Assembly: GCA_030704615.1 (NCBI GenBank) | Contig: CM060731.1 | Coordinates: 35,650,001 to 35,714,000 of the forward strand | Direction: 5' to 3' | DNA from: Takakia lepidozioides | Taxonomy: Eukaryota; Plantae; Bryophyta | Length of the DNA stretch: 64,000 nt | Part shown: piece after piece, positions 38,841-51,551 of the stretch | Layout: each line of letters begins with the position of its first letter | How positions within the stretch are numbered: the stretch's first letter is position 1 | Made by a program: the position numbers and the translations under genes | Notes under the pieces: model-generated | Seen by the model: only the letters and a program-made list of their open reading frames with translations | What the model was told of the DNA's origin: nothing | Database searches by the model: none

Positions 38841-40545
38841 TCTCCCTCTAAGCGCGAAAAGTAGAAAAACGCAGTGACTCCCGATTTCTTGCGGGATTGC
38901 CTGCGTTCTTGAGTGTCTCTAGAAGCATCGGATTATCTACACATGACTAGATTGACTTGAAATAGGTTCTGGATCCAGACTCTTGAAGTGCTAATTCCAA
39001 CCCCTACGATGTCACAGGGCAATTAATAATGTGGAAAGATCATGTGAAGCTTTGATAATTTTTATGCTGAAGACTAGCACTAATATCTTCTGATCAATAT
39101 GTATACTCAAAAGTCTTGTTAATGCCCTTAGAAAGTTCTTTTGCTTTAAGATAGAGGACCAGATGTACATGTGATGTAAAAAGAAACAAGACATTTACGT
39201 TTTGAAAGATTTAATAGTATTAATCCTCTTCATAGAGAAAAATACAAGGTAAAAATGTTGATAATCATGCAAGGTTCAAGGACTGAGCAGAGTATGAATC
39301 TTCAACTTTGAATAGTTTTATGATCGAGAGTGTTGACCACTCTTCATGATTGAGGTGCTTCATCTTACAAATTGAAGATGCTTCATCTTGATATATTGAT
39401 GAAGACATATTAAAATTAGTCAGAGGGCAACAAAATTTTGGCTCATACTAGCTTGCAATATGTCTTGCTGAGAGTCTGTAATGTCTTTCTCTACAAATCC
39501 ATCAAATTCTTGTCATTCCATAGCAACATTTGTCTTATAAATGATTGTAAGGTTAGGCAAGGAAAACGCAAACCCTAATATCAAAAATACACAGTCTGTA
39601 ATGCAATGTCTATTTATTTAATAATGTGTATAATAGGTAATGATGTGTATATAATAATGTCTGTATGCCTATATAATGTCTATTTACGTAGCTCAATCAT
39701 GAAGCAAAAAATCTTGTAGTCAATAACTACACACTGTCATCCAAATGAGAATTCGATTTACTCAGAGTCCTCTTTGGTGTCAAGGACATTGATAACATTT
39801 TGTGGAATGTTAGACATCTCCATTGACTCATAAGATGAATCTTCAAGTTGCATGGGGGCTGGCATAGCAGTCTTGTCTTTGACGAATGCACATTGCAGTG
39901 GTCAGATTAGAGAGCACCTACACCATATTCTTGTTGTTTCTGTAATTTGTTCTGTCTCTAGCCTTCTAATACTGAAACTGCGTCGTTCAAGCATCTTGGT
40001 TGTCTTCTGCTCCATATACAATTGGCTTTCGTTAATCAGATTCATGGCGTCAACCAATGAACGGCTAATTTGTTCTGCGCCTCAATCACAGGAACAAAAA
40101 CCGATGTCCATTTGCAAGCACTTTTGTCATGTGATCCCTGGCACTTTGGGAACTCGGATAGGTTGATGACCATCTTATCTTTCAAGTTGATTGCTGATAC
40201 TTTTGTACTGCAAGACTTGATGTCAATTCTCAAGTTGTGCATAACATGATAGGAATTCACAGTGTGGTTCTTGAAGTAATAGCCGGGTTCCATGGGCAGC
40301 TGCAAGCGCCCCCCGTGAATCGCCCCCAGGATTAATGAGGCGCTATTGGTCGAAATAGGATATTCCCTAAGTTGCGCCCCCACGGAATCACCCCTTGCCA
40401 AGGGGCGCAAAAAAGACGTCCTTTCATAAGGGGCAATCGAGTTTCACGGTGCCTCTAATGTCTGACACCTTTGTCTTTTCCTATATTCCTGCAGCGGGGC
40501 CCGCAACCTTAGAGAATCCTCTTGATTTCCATCCACAGTAAGTTA

Positions 40546-40914
40546 GGGTAGACAGGCCTATGACCGTTCATCTAACGATGGCGGAAGATCTAACGGTGAA
40601 TTTTTCTCATTTTACCCCGGATAAAATTGATAATATGCCCCACATCCAGGGCATCCCAACACACTTGGAAGTGCGTGATTTCATGAAGTCCACACAAAGT
40701 TGTGGGGTTTCAAAGTTGAACCAATCAGAAAGCTTGTGTGAACCTTGGGCCCTATGACCAATCACATTTTTGGGGGGGTTATATCAAACAACTATTTGCC
40801 AAGTGGCAAAACTGAGCAGTCTTGGGCCCAACAATGGTAGCTCATGCGGCCTGACCCGAGCAGTTATGGGGTGACCGGTCATAGGTGCTATAACGGTCAT
40901 AGGGTGTTTTACCC
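40546..40914. mobile_element. MITE with ~23-bp TIRs, flanked by TA
   Basis: gggtagacaggcctatgaccgtt ... aacggtcatagggtgttttaccc, with ta on both sides. Confidence 0.75.
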
Positions 40915-41351
40915 TAGATTTTAGGAGATGGAATGCTTTTTGACATTTTCATCCAAAACTTATAGTTTAATTGTAATTCACTATGTCTGGGCCCATATGA
41001 CAAAGTTTTCTAGAGGGCAACAAAGCCGTGAGCAGAACCTGTGAGCAGATTCCTGGATGCGTGAGCAGATTCCCCGAAGCGTGAGTAGAATCAAAGCGTG
41101 AGCAAAATTCGCGCTGGACCCCAAAATCGTGGGAACAAGTGGGCCTATTTTCGTGGACGCAGTCTCCGCTCCATCGGACCGAAGACAGACAAGCTCCATG
41201 ACGAGAAAGTGGCACGAATGCACGATGATACATTCACGGATGAATGGATTTGGGATGAACGTAAAAGTGTTATGGATGAACGTTGGATGAAGCACGGATG
41301 AGAAGTTGTCCAGATGAGGGGTCTATGGAGGACTGTATGAGCATGTCTCCT

Positions 41352-42250
41352 AAGGGATCAGCAAGCGCATGCACCAGGCATTAAGGTGTCGTCAACGACA
41401 TCTTAAATCGCGTGCTCAGCATAAGAAATGAACCCATGGAAATCGTTGCAAGAAGAAAAATGTGGCTTGGAAAAAATCATAGGGGGAGTTGTAATACTTC
41501 TCAGGGAATGACAAATTAAGATGTTTTCAACGACATCTTAATCCCCTGCCCTCTTTGAACATGGGAATTTCACCAAACAAGATAAAACACAAAATATATA
41601 TATGTATATATGTAAGCCCAAAAATGGAGAAAGGCTTGGGTTTACTTGAACAAAGTGGATCAATGAAAGTCTCTTGAGGGATCAGCAAGCGCATGCACCA
41701 GGCATTAAGGTGTCGTCAACGACATCTTAAATCGCATGCTCAGCATGAGAAATGAACCCATGAAAATCGTTGCAAGAAAAAAAATGTGGCTTGGAAAAAC
41801 CATAGGGGGGAGTTGTAACCCTGCTCAGGGAATGACGAATTAAGAGGTCGTCAACGACATCTTAATCCCCTGCCCTCTTTCAACATGGGAATTTCACCAA
41901 ACAGGATCAATCACAATATATTATATATATATATATATATGTAAGCCCCAAAATGGAGAAAGGCCTGGGTTTACTTGAACAAAGTGGATCCATGAAGAGT
42001 GACTGCATTAGTGGATCTATTAAAAAACATTGGTGAACTTGCGATAGTGGAGCACATAAAAAAAGATTGCCTGGAGAGACCCATAGGGAGGAACTATAAT
42101 CATGCTCAGGGAAGCACTAATTAATCCCATGCCCTGGACATGGGAATTTCACCAAATATGATAAAAGAAAAAGAAAAGAAAAGAAATAAATAAAAGCCCA
42201 AAAATGGGAAAGGTTTGGGTTTACTTGAGCAAAGTGGATCCATGGAGAGT
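41352..42250. repeat. Tandem ~324-bp duplication plus a partial third copy; each full unit has two type-A palindromes
   Basis: gggatcagcaagcgcatgcaccaggcattaagg at ~41354 and ~41678; partial unit at ~42080-42250. Confidence 0.9.
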
Positions 42251-42359
42251 GACTAGTTTCATTTCCAGTAGTGGACAAATTAAGAAACGATAGTGGAGCA
42301 TATCAAAGTAATTCAAGAAAGTTGAGTCATTGATACATACAAAACTCCGAGAAAACACA

Positions 42360-43587
42360 TCAGATGTCAACTATCCTATCTCTCTGCAGAAGTGTTTGAA
42401 CGTCACAAGGACCCATTGTGCATTGGTGAATGCACGTGTCTCGTTGAGGATCACAAAACATCTTGTGAATGTAGATGTAGTAAAGATGTTTGCATGGAAC
42501 AAATTTACCTCTCTTTCCAATGGAGCTGTTTATCGTGTTGTCGAAGTCCGGGCATGTGCAATTAGGAAAATTCCCAATAGTTATCTCATAGTACCAGTAC
42601 AACATTGGTATTTTCTATGAGCCATGAACACATTTCAGCATGAGCATAGCCAAAAATAAACATGAGCCTATCATGAATAACCGATCCCGAAGTCACCATA
42701 GTGTACATCCACCCATAGCCTGGAGGGGGGACATTCACAATTTGGGTAACCCGACACTGCAGGGTTCTCGCACACTCAATTTTGCACTGGTTATCTGCAC
42801 CTGCCTCAACACGACGAACCGGTTTTCTATTCCTTTTTGTTGGCCAGTCATTCCCATGTGGTGGACGTGCAGGGAATGCGGACGGCGTACCACGAGATGA
42901 TGTTGGTGTTAGGACTGTTGGGCCTCTTGGAAGTCGAAACCCTGCATCCTCCAGCATGTCAATCTCTTGTGTGGAGAGAGATGTTCCGACCTTGACTGGC
43001 CAGACGACAGGGATGACAGACTTACTGATGACTGAATCCCGACAAGTCCCCATCACACAACGCTGAATGTCATCAAGACAGAACCAGAACTTATGAGGTC
43101 TAGACTCCCGCGCTGAGTAATATTTGAACAAACTTGTGAATGTCGGTGCTGGAGTCCCACCAGCGCCTCTGCAAATTTTACTTGTGCACTTCACAAAAGA
43201 CAATGCCCTGATAGTAGAACAACCAACTTTCGATCCTTTCAGAGTCCGTTCTATGTGCCACATTGCATCACCACAATCGGTCTCCTCAACCGGCAGCAGC
43301 GTCCGACCTTCTCCCCGTGCCGGAGCTGTGACATATGTTGCATCGAAATCTGCAGAACAACCTACATCCACAGATGGAGTAGTACATCCAAAATTGGGCG
43401 GCACAGGCACACGAGGTATGAAGAAATTATCTCTATCATGCCGATGGGAGTCACCCACCAATCCTGGAGGGGTGTCCAGTTTGCGCTTGCATGATCCGAA
43501 TCTCTCCTCATCTTCCAGATGTGGGAGCATGGACTGCAGAGGTGTTCCAATCGTGTACTCGTTAACAGCCCACGCCATTTTTGCAGG
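42360..43587 (-). pseudogene. Mutator-like transposase, 3' half with SWIM zinc finger
   Basis: FGSCKRKLDTPPG..DSHRHD, Cys-rich segment, then YEITIGNFPNCTCPDF...PCKHLYYIY (SWIM CxC...CxH). Confidence 0.75.
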
Positions 43588-43594
43588 ATGTTTG

Positions 43595-44017
43595 CAGTCA
43601 GACTCTGAAGAGACCAGATGGCACTCCCTGGAGAGGTGCAAAGGAAAAGTCCCCAGCGTTCATGCAAATACTGCTGGAGTCATGCAGCCACCGCTCTGCA
43701 CGGGTGGTCGATCTTTCTGTGTCCACAGGTTCGTTTTTTCCCTTCCGAATTGGTTTTCTTTCAACAGTTTCATCTGCTTAAATCCCCCCCTCCAAACTGT
43801 TCATGTTCTCATGTCTGGTGCAGGAGCAACTTACCATGCATGCAAGGCAGGCGGAAGAAGCCTTTTTGGCATGGAAGGTGATTCTGACCTCTACAACACA
43901 GTGCTCCTCCCCCTTTTGTCTGGCTCCACTTCAGGCACACAGACTGATCGGATTCAAATTCGAAATGATGACAATCCCGAAGATAAGCAAGTCGACAACG
44001 ACTTTTCATGTGAGTAA
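43595..44017 (+). pseudogene. 3' end of the element-B methyltransferase gene
   Basis: PWRGAKEKSPAFMQILLE...RVVDLSVSTG|intron|ATYHACKAGGRSLFGMEGD, with the same intron position as copy A. Confidence 0.8.
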
Positions 44018-44469
44018 GTGCTAAACCCTCTTTGGGAGTCATACTCAATTTCTCGATAACATCAAAGTTACAGTAATAACTTTTTCAGGCTGTCTTTCAG
44101 GAAAGGCAGCGGTGGATCTTCAGGAGATACAGTCATTTCTGGCGAGTCTGTTTTCGATAGCCCCCTTTCCAATTTTTTGCTTCCTGTTTATGCCGAAGCA
44201 ATGGCATTTCACGCGGCCGAGTCCCTATCCCCTGACTTTTTAGTGGCCAGCCGTAGGTGTATCCAGCGTGGATCCGGTGTTCTAAAATACTTAGACTTAG
44301 ATGCAGAGGAAGCGGGGATACATTGTACTGACTCTGAGTCAGACTGAACTGTATTCTTTTAATATTCATTTTCATATTATCTGGAAAACGTTGAATCCCC
44401 TTCCTCCACCGTAGTTGTTCCTTTAGAACAAATAATAATCACAGAATCAACTTTCATTTAAATTGCAAT

Positions 44470-45045
44470 ATGTATGAATCCATCTCACAAACCTCCCTGA
44501 CTCTTCTCATATCCATTGTGCATTCATCTACACTGTATTCATGCGTGCTCCATTCATGAATTTTTTCCTTTGTACAACATCCATTGTACATTCATCCTCT
44601 GTACTCTTTAATCCACCCCACAAACCTTCCACACTCATTTCATATACGTTGTGCATTCGTCAAAAGATTTGGTCATGCATCTTCCTGTCATGAATTTTTG
44701 TCATTGCTCAACATCCATTATACATTCATCCATTTTACTCTTATCCATCCCTCATTCATCCATCTACATTCATTTTTCACACTCATCCATCTGTTTATCA
44801 TCCAACTGTACATTCATCCATCCTTTATTCAATGCCTTTTATTATGTCGTCCAGCTTGTTTCCGCGGTAAAGGGTGCCAATCCGCGGGAATACACTCCAC
44901 TTCTTTCTGGGCGCGTGGTGACGCGGCCTTCACGTGTGATGACGTGGAGTGAGCCCCGTGACGTGGCATTTGCGCAAGGTGACGTGGCGTGAGCGCAGTT
45001 GCGCTCACGCGCTCACGTGACCAGGCTCACGCCGAGGCATCCCTG
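44470..45045. mobile_element. Terminus of element B
   Basis: TTCATCC cluster, then GCTCAC cluster; the reverse complement from 45045 reads CAGGGATGCCTCGGCGTGAGC, with CGTGAGC at offset 15 as in both A termini. Confidence 0.65.
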
Positions 45046-45513
45046 GGTTATGGCAAGACTCATTGCCCTTCCGGTAAATGATATCACTTCTATAGAAGTT
45101 AATGCCCTGCACTTCCGTAACATAGGGTTGGTTGACAATCCGGTGTACAGCTTGGTGACCTTAGCTAATACCGCCTAAGTTTGTGATGAAGTCATCTTGA
45201 CCACAAAACAAGAACAACATTTTGCTGATTAGGTCTTGGCAAAGATTCAGGTTCGGACCATATCTGTCAGTAAAAAAAGTTACATTGCAATGCTTTAATT
45301 AGATAAAATCTGTCTGTATTTAGCAGAACTGTTACATGTCCACCAACTATAAGCCTATGCTCATAATATCGCGTTCCTGCAACAGGGGAAGATAAGTAAC
45401 TCGTTGATCTAATTATACATTTTTTTTTTCTCAACAAGCCTCAAATGGCAATGGGCTCTCCTACTTTGGCGAAACATAAGACGAAGGTAAGACTAGGGAA
45501 CATGACTCAGCAC

Positions 45514-45875
45514 CAGTGTTGGGCGGTTCTTAGCTTTTTTAAAATATCCGCCGGGTCCGAATTAGAGAATGATACATCTTGCGGATCTGGATATTAGAAT
45601 AATCTGCATTTCTAATATCCGCCGGTTATGCATAGTAGAAGTTTTTTAAAATCTGCCGGATATAAATTAGTCCGGATATTCAGATTATAATATCCGACGG
45701 TTATAGAGAAATCCGAATCATAAAAATAACATCTTTTATTTTTTTAATTTTATAAATTATTAATCTTTTTTTTTTTATCCGGCGGGTAGGATCCTACCCG
45801 GATCCTTTGTTTTATGTATCCGCCGGATATGAAATAGCTGCCGGATCCGGATCCGGATATATCTGCCCAACACTG
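45514..45875. mobile_element. hAT-type MITE
   Basis: TIR CAGTGTTGGGC...GCCCAACACTG, perfect 8-bp TSD CTCAGCAC (45506-45513, 45876-45883), internal ATCCGG/CCGGAT motifs. Confidence 0.9.
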
Positions 45876-46311
45876 CTCAGCACAACATACCGATCAAGAC
45901 CTTGATTCACTGTAAGGTCTTTTGATCACATTTCAACATGATGCAATATTATAGTCTCTCTTTACAAGAGAACAAACAAAGCTCAAGGAGCTAGGCTCCG
46001 TCAATCCGGTGAAAGTACTATAAGATCACACGTCTGCATTAAAGTTTAAACTATTTCTAGTTTTTTGGTATAAAATATTTTTCCATCCAAAATAAAATAA
46101 ATGTTTTTTTTCTTAAATTATAAATAAAAATAAAAATATTTTTTAAAATATTTAAAACTCTTAATGTTGGATGTTTATCTCTTGTTTAATTTTGGACAAT
46201 CAAAACATATATTTATTAGTTTATTACAGATACACATCAACCAACTCTAGGCAATGATGGATATTAGAGGCTCTCCAAAGCTCCTAAGACCAGTGCCCAT
46301 CCACCGGGTCC

Positions 46312-46580
46312 GCCGAAGGGTCCATTGGATAGTCTAGGCTGTCCATCGACTCTCCAAATTCTGCCGGAGAGGGTCCACTCTGCATTCTAGTGCGCTGGAG
46401 GGTCCACTCTACGTGCAGATTTGACTTTGTGTCCACCTGTAGAGTTCGCTGGAGGGTCTGCCCACTCCACTAGAAGGTGAGTCCACTCTGCAGTCTAGTC
46501 CGTTGGAGGGTCCACTTTATGTGAGTGAACTATGAGTCTACTGGAGGGTCTGCCCAAGTCGGTTGGAAGGTCCGCCCCCG
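46312..46580. repeat. Degenerate minisatellite with TGGAGGGTCC(A/G)C core
   Basis: About 8 irregularly spaced copies of ggagggtccactct-like motifs. Confidence 0.65.
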
Positions 46581-48175
46581 CAGAAGAACAAGGACTTAGG
46601 AAAATTTCAGAAAGAACAATATACACAATATATATTTAATGACACACATTACTACCACAATACTACATGACAAGAATTGAGCACCAAACCTTATGCTCTT
46701 CAATGGTTGCTTTAAACCACCAAACTACACGTTGCTATCTACAAATCTTTGAAAGAATTAATGTTTTATGTGCATTACCAGAGCATGTATAAACAGATTC
46801 CCCCCTTTGGTTGGGACCTACCGCAGGGGCCGGCTTGTCCGGCAAACCCTATGACCTTGTGCTACAAGTAGGCCCCGCCACAGGCACATGCGAGCGCATT
46901 GAAAATGCTATTATCTTTCAATGATAAGCGATATTAGATATTACATCTATTTAATCTCTATGTTTACTTATTTTAAATCTAAAAATAAAAATAAAATCTA
47001 CTTGTTAAGATTTTGATTTTATGTTCTCAAAAGTCTTTGCGCAAGGCTGAGCCCGTTTAAAAACTCAGTGCCACAATAGTGTTGTGGCCCCATAAGACAT
47101 CCTATACCTTGGCATGTGGGTCTTGGTTCGTAAAGCACTGCCAAAACATTTTGTTTGTATTTATCTGATGGTAGGCCTGAGGGGAAGGCCCAAAAATCCA
47201 GGAATGCCCGACGCGAGGGGCATTACCCTTCGTAAAGAAATGCGAATTTTTAAAAAAAAAATCTAATTGCCGGTGCATTCTGCATTTCGGATGCACTCGA
47301 GGGAGCTGATGGGGTGCATTCCGCCAGGTGGAATCCGATGAATTCTTTTTAACTAAATCCGGGAATGCCCTCCAACTCAGGGCATCAACCTATGCAAAAC
47401 CCTCCGATCTGCTTTCGGCTATTTGTGGCTCTGAAAGGGTTCAAGTATTTTCCCCCTCAAGGCCCACTCGTTGCAAGGGGGTGGTATTTCCTTGGGAAAA
47501 AAGAGAAGAAAAGGCATATGACTGGCTCAAAGGGGAGGGTCGACCGGCTACGGGCTGAAGCCTGTATGGGAGCTCCCCGGCATAGTGGAAGAGACGACGG
47601 GAGGCCGGGCAGGGCGCGCAGGCCTGGGAGAGTCCGGAGCTACGTTTGATAGGCGCGACAAATGAAGCAGACGCGCCTCCATCTGACTGGTCCACACTTT
47701 GCGGGCTCTCTCAGGATTTACCCGCCTCATTTGCAAGTTTGCAAGATCCCGCGCTTCATTTCTCTGTATTTTTTGTTCAGCTCACAGCATTGTTTGCATT
47801 GTTTCGATGTTAATTAGGCTGTGTAGAAAGTCTTCGCTCCGTGAGTTGAGCTTTCTCTTTCTTCTTCTTGCTGTGTAAGGATCCCTAGGTGAAACTCTTC
47901 GTTCAATTTCTCATAACACGGATTGTTCTTGAACCTTTGCTAGCTATCCGTATCAGTCGTATATTGTTGAAACAATCCGTATCCGCCTCTTCGTTGGACC
48001 TATCCCACGGCTGAGAGATCCTCAATTTCCCGAGTTGCTGCTCTTGTGTTGCTTCTCCCACTGTCTTTTGCGTGCACGCAATAGATTCTTTCTGGAGTGC
48101 ACTTCAGATTGATCTACCTTGCATTTTCGATTCGTGGTTTACTTGAAGTTTCGTGGTAGCGTGTAATAATTAGCC

Positions 48176-51100
48176 ATGCAGACACGTAGCTGTGGTGGAC
48201 TTTCGTCCTCTCTCGTGCATTTCGAGCGACGGTCGCCATTCCATGGAAATTTGGAATGCTTCCCATCCAATTCGGTGCAGTGCAAAGTTGGAACGAAAAA
48301 ATCTGTCATTTGTAGCATTGCAGCGGGATCCATCGTCCTCAGCAATCCGCCGTTTCTGGGAGGGTACACAGCCTCAACGCGACAGCTTCAGACCAGGGCC
48401 GTTGCAAATGAGGGGTTTCAGGGAATTCCAGTAGGAGAATATGGCGAAAGATTTCTAAGGCCGGAGGAAGATGATGAGGAAGATGACGAGGAAGATGATG
48501 AGGAAGATGATGAGGAAGGTGAAATCAGATTGGAATGCGATGAGAGTGGTTGTGTCATTGTCATGCCCAAGGCGAAAAGCTTAGCTGAAGAAGACGATGG
48601 AGAAGGCTATCTCCGCTGTGACCTGTCAGGTAGATCCTTCTCAGAAAGTCACCTGCGTGAGCTTTAAGTGCCTCCAGCTAATCCTGAGTGCTTCACTAGT
48701 ATTCATGTGAACAGAGGCAAACTTCATTGCATGAACTACATTTCGAATGGCAGATTTTTGCTGCTCTCCTTGTTGTAAATGCTATAGTCACTTTATGCAG
48801 CTGTGCATTCTTCTCATGCTAGGGACTTAAAAGACAGATTTCGTAATTCCATGTGTGTGATAGGGCCCTTCCTTGCCTGGTGCAAAACTTATCAGTATGT
48901 CTTGTCCAGTGCAATTGGTATTGAACCGCCTCCTAACAGTCCACTATTCCATGTTCTTCTGACCCTAGGTAGAGGTTTTGATTCAATTGCTCTTAGCCGG
49001 TGAAGAATTTTGTACAGCTCTGCTTGCCATGGCTAACCAGCATTGTCACTCTACTTCTGCTGGACTTCTGGAGAAAGGGGGAGGGAAAATAAACTTAGAT
49101 CCAAGCCAAGGGAATCTTGAATGCAGTTCTCTTCTTTAATCTCCTGCAAATTCGGCATGATGATAGGTTGCTACTTTGTGGAGGAGCCACCTGAGGATAA
49201 GAGCTTTGAAGTAATTGATGGGGAGGGCTGGCGTTTGGGTTTTGAAACCGCACCAGACTCAGAAGAAAGCTTCTGTGCAATTGTAAGAACCTCACTGTTC
49301 CTGATTTCAAGTCACTAAACTCAATGTGTCAGAGTCTTAAATCATATGGACCTGGTGTCTCAATCCTTTGTGACTTAATTTTCTCCTCTTTCATTGAATG
49401 GAATGTGATAGTGTAAGAGGTCAGGTCCTTCAAAGGTACAGACAAGGCACATTGTTCATTAAGCTTGCACAACATATGGCTTCTACGTAATTAGGAAGTT
49501 ATTGAGGCCAATCACGCCAGCATGGCCCATGTGATTCACATACAAATCGGACATTTGCAGTAGGACTTGTTTATTTTCGTATCAAAGAGAAAAATTCAGC
49601 TCTAGAGGAAGCCATATGCCTCATCCACAGGAGCAGATTTTCCTTAACCTACATCATCATCACCCTAGTATCCCCTATCTGTAAATTTTTTTATGCTGTA
49701 TGTACAGCAGTGCTTGACAAGTCCATTGAGTGTGTCTCACAATCTTCAGCAAGAATCTCTGCATGAATAAGCTTTCCGGAACAAGGAAGCATTGGGTTCC
49801 TCAAGCTACCACTGATACCAAAATATTCCTAAGCTGTGTTGTAATCCTTGCTGTTTGTGGTGGATATGTATGGATCAGGTGGGCGCTGGTGGCTGGAGTG
49901 TTGCTTTGACAGCATCGGAGTTTAATGATTTCTGTAACCTCATTGAGGTTTTATAACCAACTGCACCTTCCTTTGCTGATGACAAAAAATTATTGCTGTG
50001 GTAACATTCCAGGATCTCTTGGAAACTAAACTATCGATTAACTTCTCTGCTATCGTCAGGGCAACACTCAGGTGGGTCCAGGTTGGATGCCGTAGAAGTT
50101 TGTCACCGTGCTGGAGTTCCCCACTATTAAAAGCTGAAGTCCTGCTCAACCATCAGAAGTCTATCTGAGCCAAATGGTGACTGATTACGACTAGCTTCTT
50201 TGCAGACTCTGAGGACGGGCATCACCACAATGGATGAAGAAGGGGTCACTGGGAAGGATGATGTCGTGTTACAGGTTTGTACGTGCTGTGCTCATCTTCT
50301 TCACATGATGGATGGTATCTTCTCCTGGTTACTGAATTTGTAGTTCATGGTATTTTAGAGGTCAGTATGTATGAGTAGAGAGCTAAGGTTATCTGTATTG
50401 TGCTTTCTCCTTCACCGTCTCTAATAACAGACAACATGAGCTCATTGCTTGTTCTAGTTGTGCAGCCATAGCTTCTGACAAAGGGATCGCACATGTTTGC
50501 CGTGGTGAGGTTTCCAGGTGGAAAGAGGTACTGTGTGGATGGAGTGCAGCCTCCCCAAGAAAAGACTGGCAATCCTTCAGGAACTTTGGAAGGTCCGTCC
50601 ATCCGGCTAGTATTTGTGCTCTGTTTTTGCTGAAGAACTTCATTCAACTAAGGAATGGAAACTATTTCAAATTGCAGGCATAAACGATGTTCCTCAAAGA
50701 TTGTGTATCGGAATTCCAAGACTCTCTCTATCCTAAAAATGTGACAGCAATCCAGCAGTTGATTCACAGACTGTCTCTGGCTCATTCCTAATTCGCAGCT
50801 ACGCCGTCAAACAGTGCTAGTACTTCATACAACTGCTAAATCTTTGTTTGGTTTCAGCTCCTCACTTCTCAGTGTCGGACAAGTGAATGTGTATAATGAG
50901 GTGATGTGTCTTTCACCCTGAGTATGATACTGCCAATTACGCCTTCTGATGGTTGATTTATGTATGAAGGGTAACATAAACATCCGTTTTTCTTGTGTTA
51001 TCTTTGTGAATGATTGTGACCAGCTTGGGCCATCAGCACTCATTGACAGTGAGGAGAAAACTGCATTCGACCTACGATTTATACTGTCTGGAAATTCAGG

Positions 51101-51551
51101 CAGACGACAGGTATGAGTTTGAGTATTTACACATCTTCGGGCACTCCCACTAGAATGGTCATGTGTTGCAACAGCAAGTCCCACCCTGAAATGACCTTTC
51201 TAATATGAAGGATAGGGTTCTCGTCTTGATCTTTTGGCGGATCACCTATTTTGTCCATTTTAAACTGCAATCTCTCACATCTTGTACGTTTGAGTGTTAA
51301 GAAGCTGTCATGTTAATACATGGATAGAAGCTATGCAATCAAGACAACCTCAAGCAGTTTGTCTATAATTATACAAAAATTCGAATTGCAAACTGAACCA
51401 AAAAAACCTAGCTGATGGTGGTTGTTTGGCTCAGGCTGAAGGTTTCTGGCCCGCGGAGGCAGTGATGAACATGCTGAAGAAGTTGGATGCAGCAGTTTTG
51501 GAACTCGAGCACAATGCAGGACTTACACGACTCGCTGTAGCTGATGCATAG
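48176..51551 (+). CDS. DUF1818-family protein, probably plastid-targeted, multi-exon
   Basis: Transit-like and acidic exon 1; IDGEGWRLGFE...FCAI; GAGGWSVALTASEFNDF; VERGTVWMEC; FDLRFILSG; AEGFWPAEAV ending at TAG 51549-51551. Confidence 0.75.

Larger units (their letters stand above)
41013..43590 (-). mobile_element. Inverted right part of transposon A (3' transposase, palindromes, terminus)
   Basis: Terminus GAGGGCAACAAAGCCGTGAGCAGA at 41013; adjacent 41004-41012 AGTTTTCTA is the reverse complement of TAGAAAACT; type-A palindromes at 41380, 41515, 41704 and 41839. Confidence 0.75.

Noticed and set aside
43124-44017. 297-aa plus-strand ORF as one protein
   Set aside because: It is antisense to the transposase up to ~43590, then crosses the inversion junction and an intron; only the last ~65 aa are real MTase-gene exon.
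25207-45045. Bacterial/phage contamination or prophage
   Set aside because: The ParB-MTase gene has conserved GT-AG introns, lies within a TSD-bounded eukaryotic transposon, and is flanked by plant genes.
41013-45045. Standalone internally deleted element
   Set aside because: Its two ends share no TSD, whereas the 41013 flank matches the 25207 flank; inversion explains the data better.
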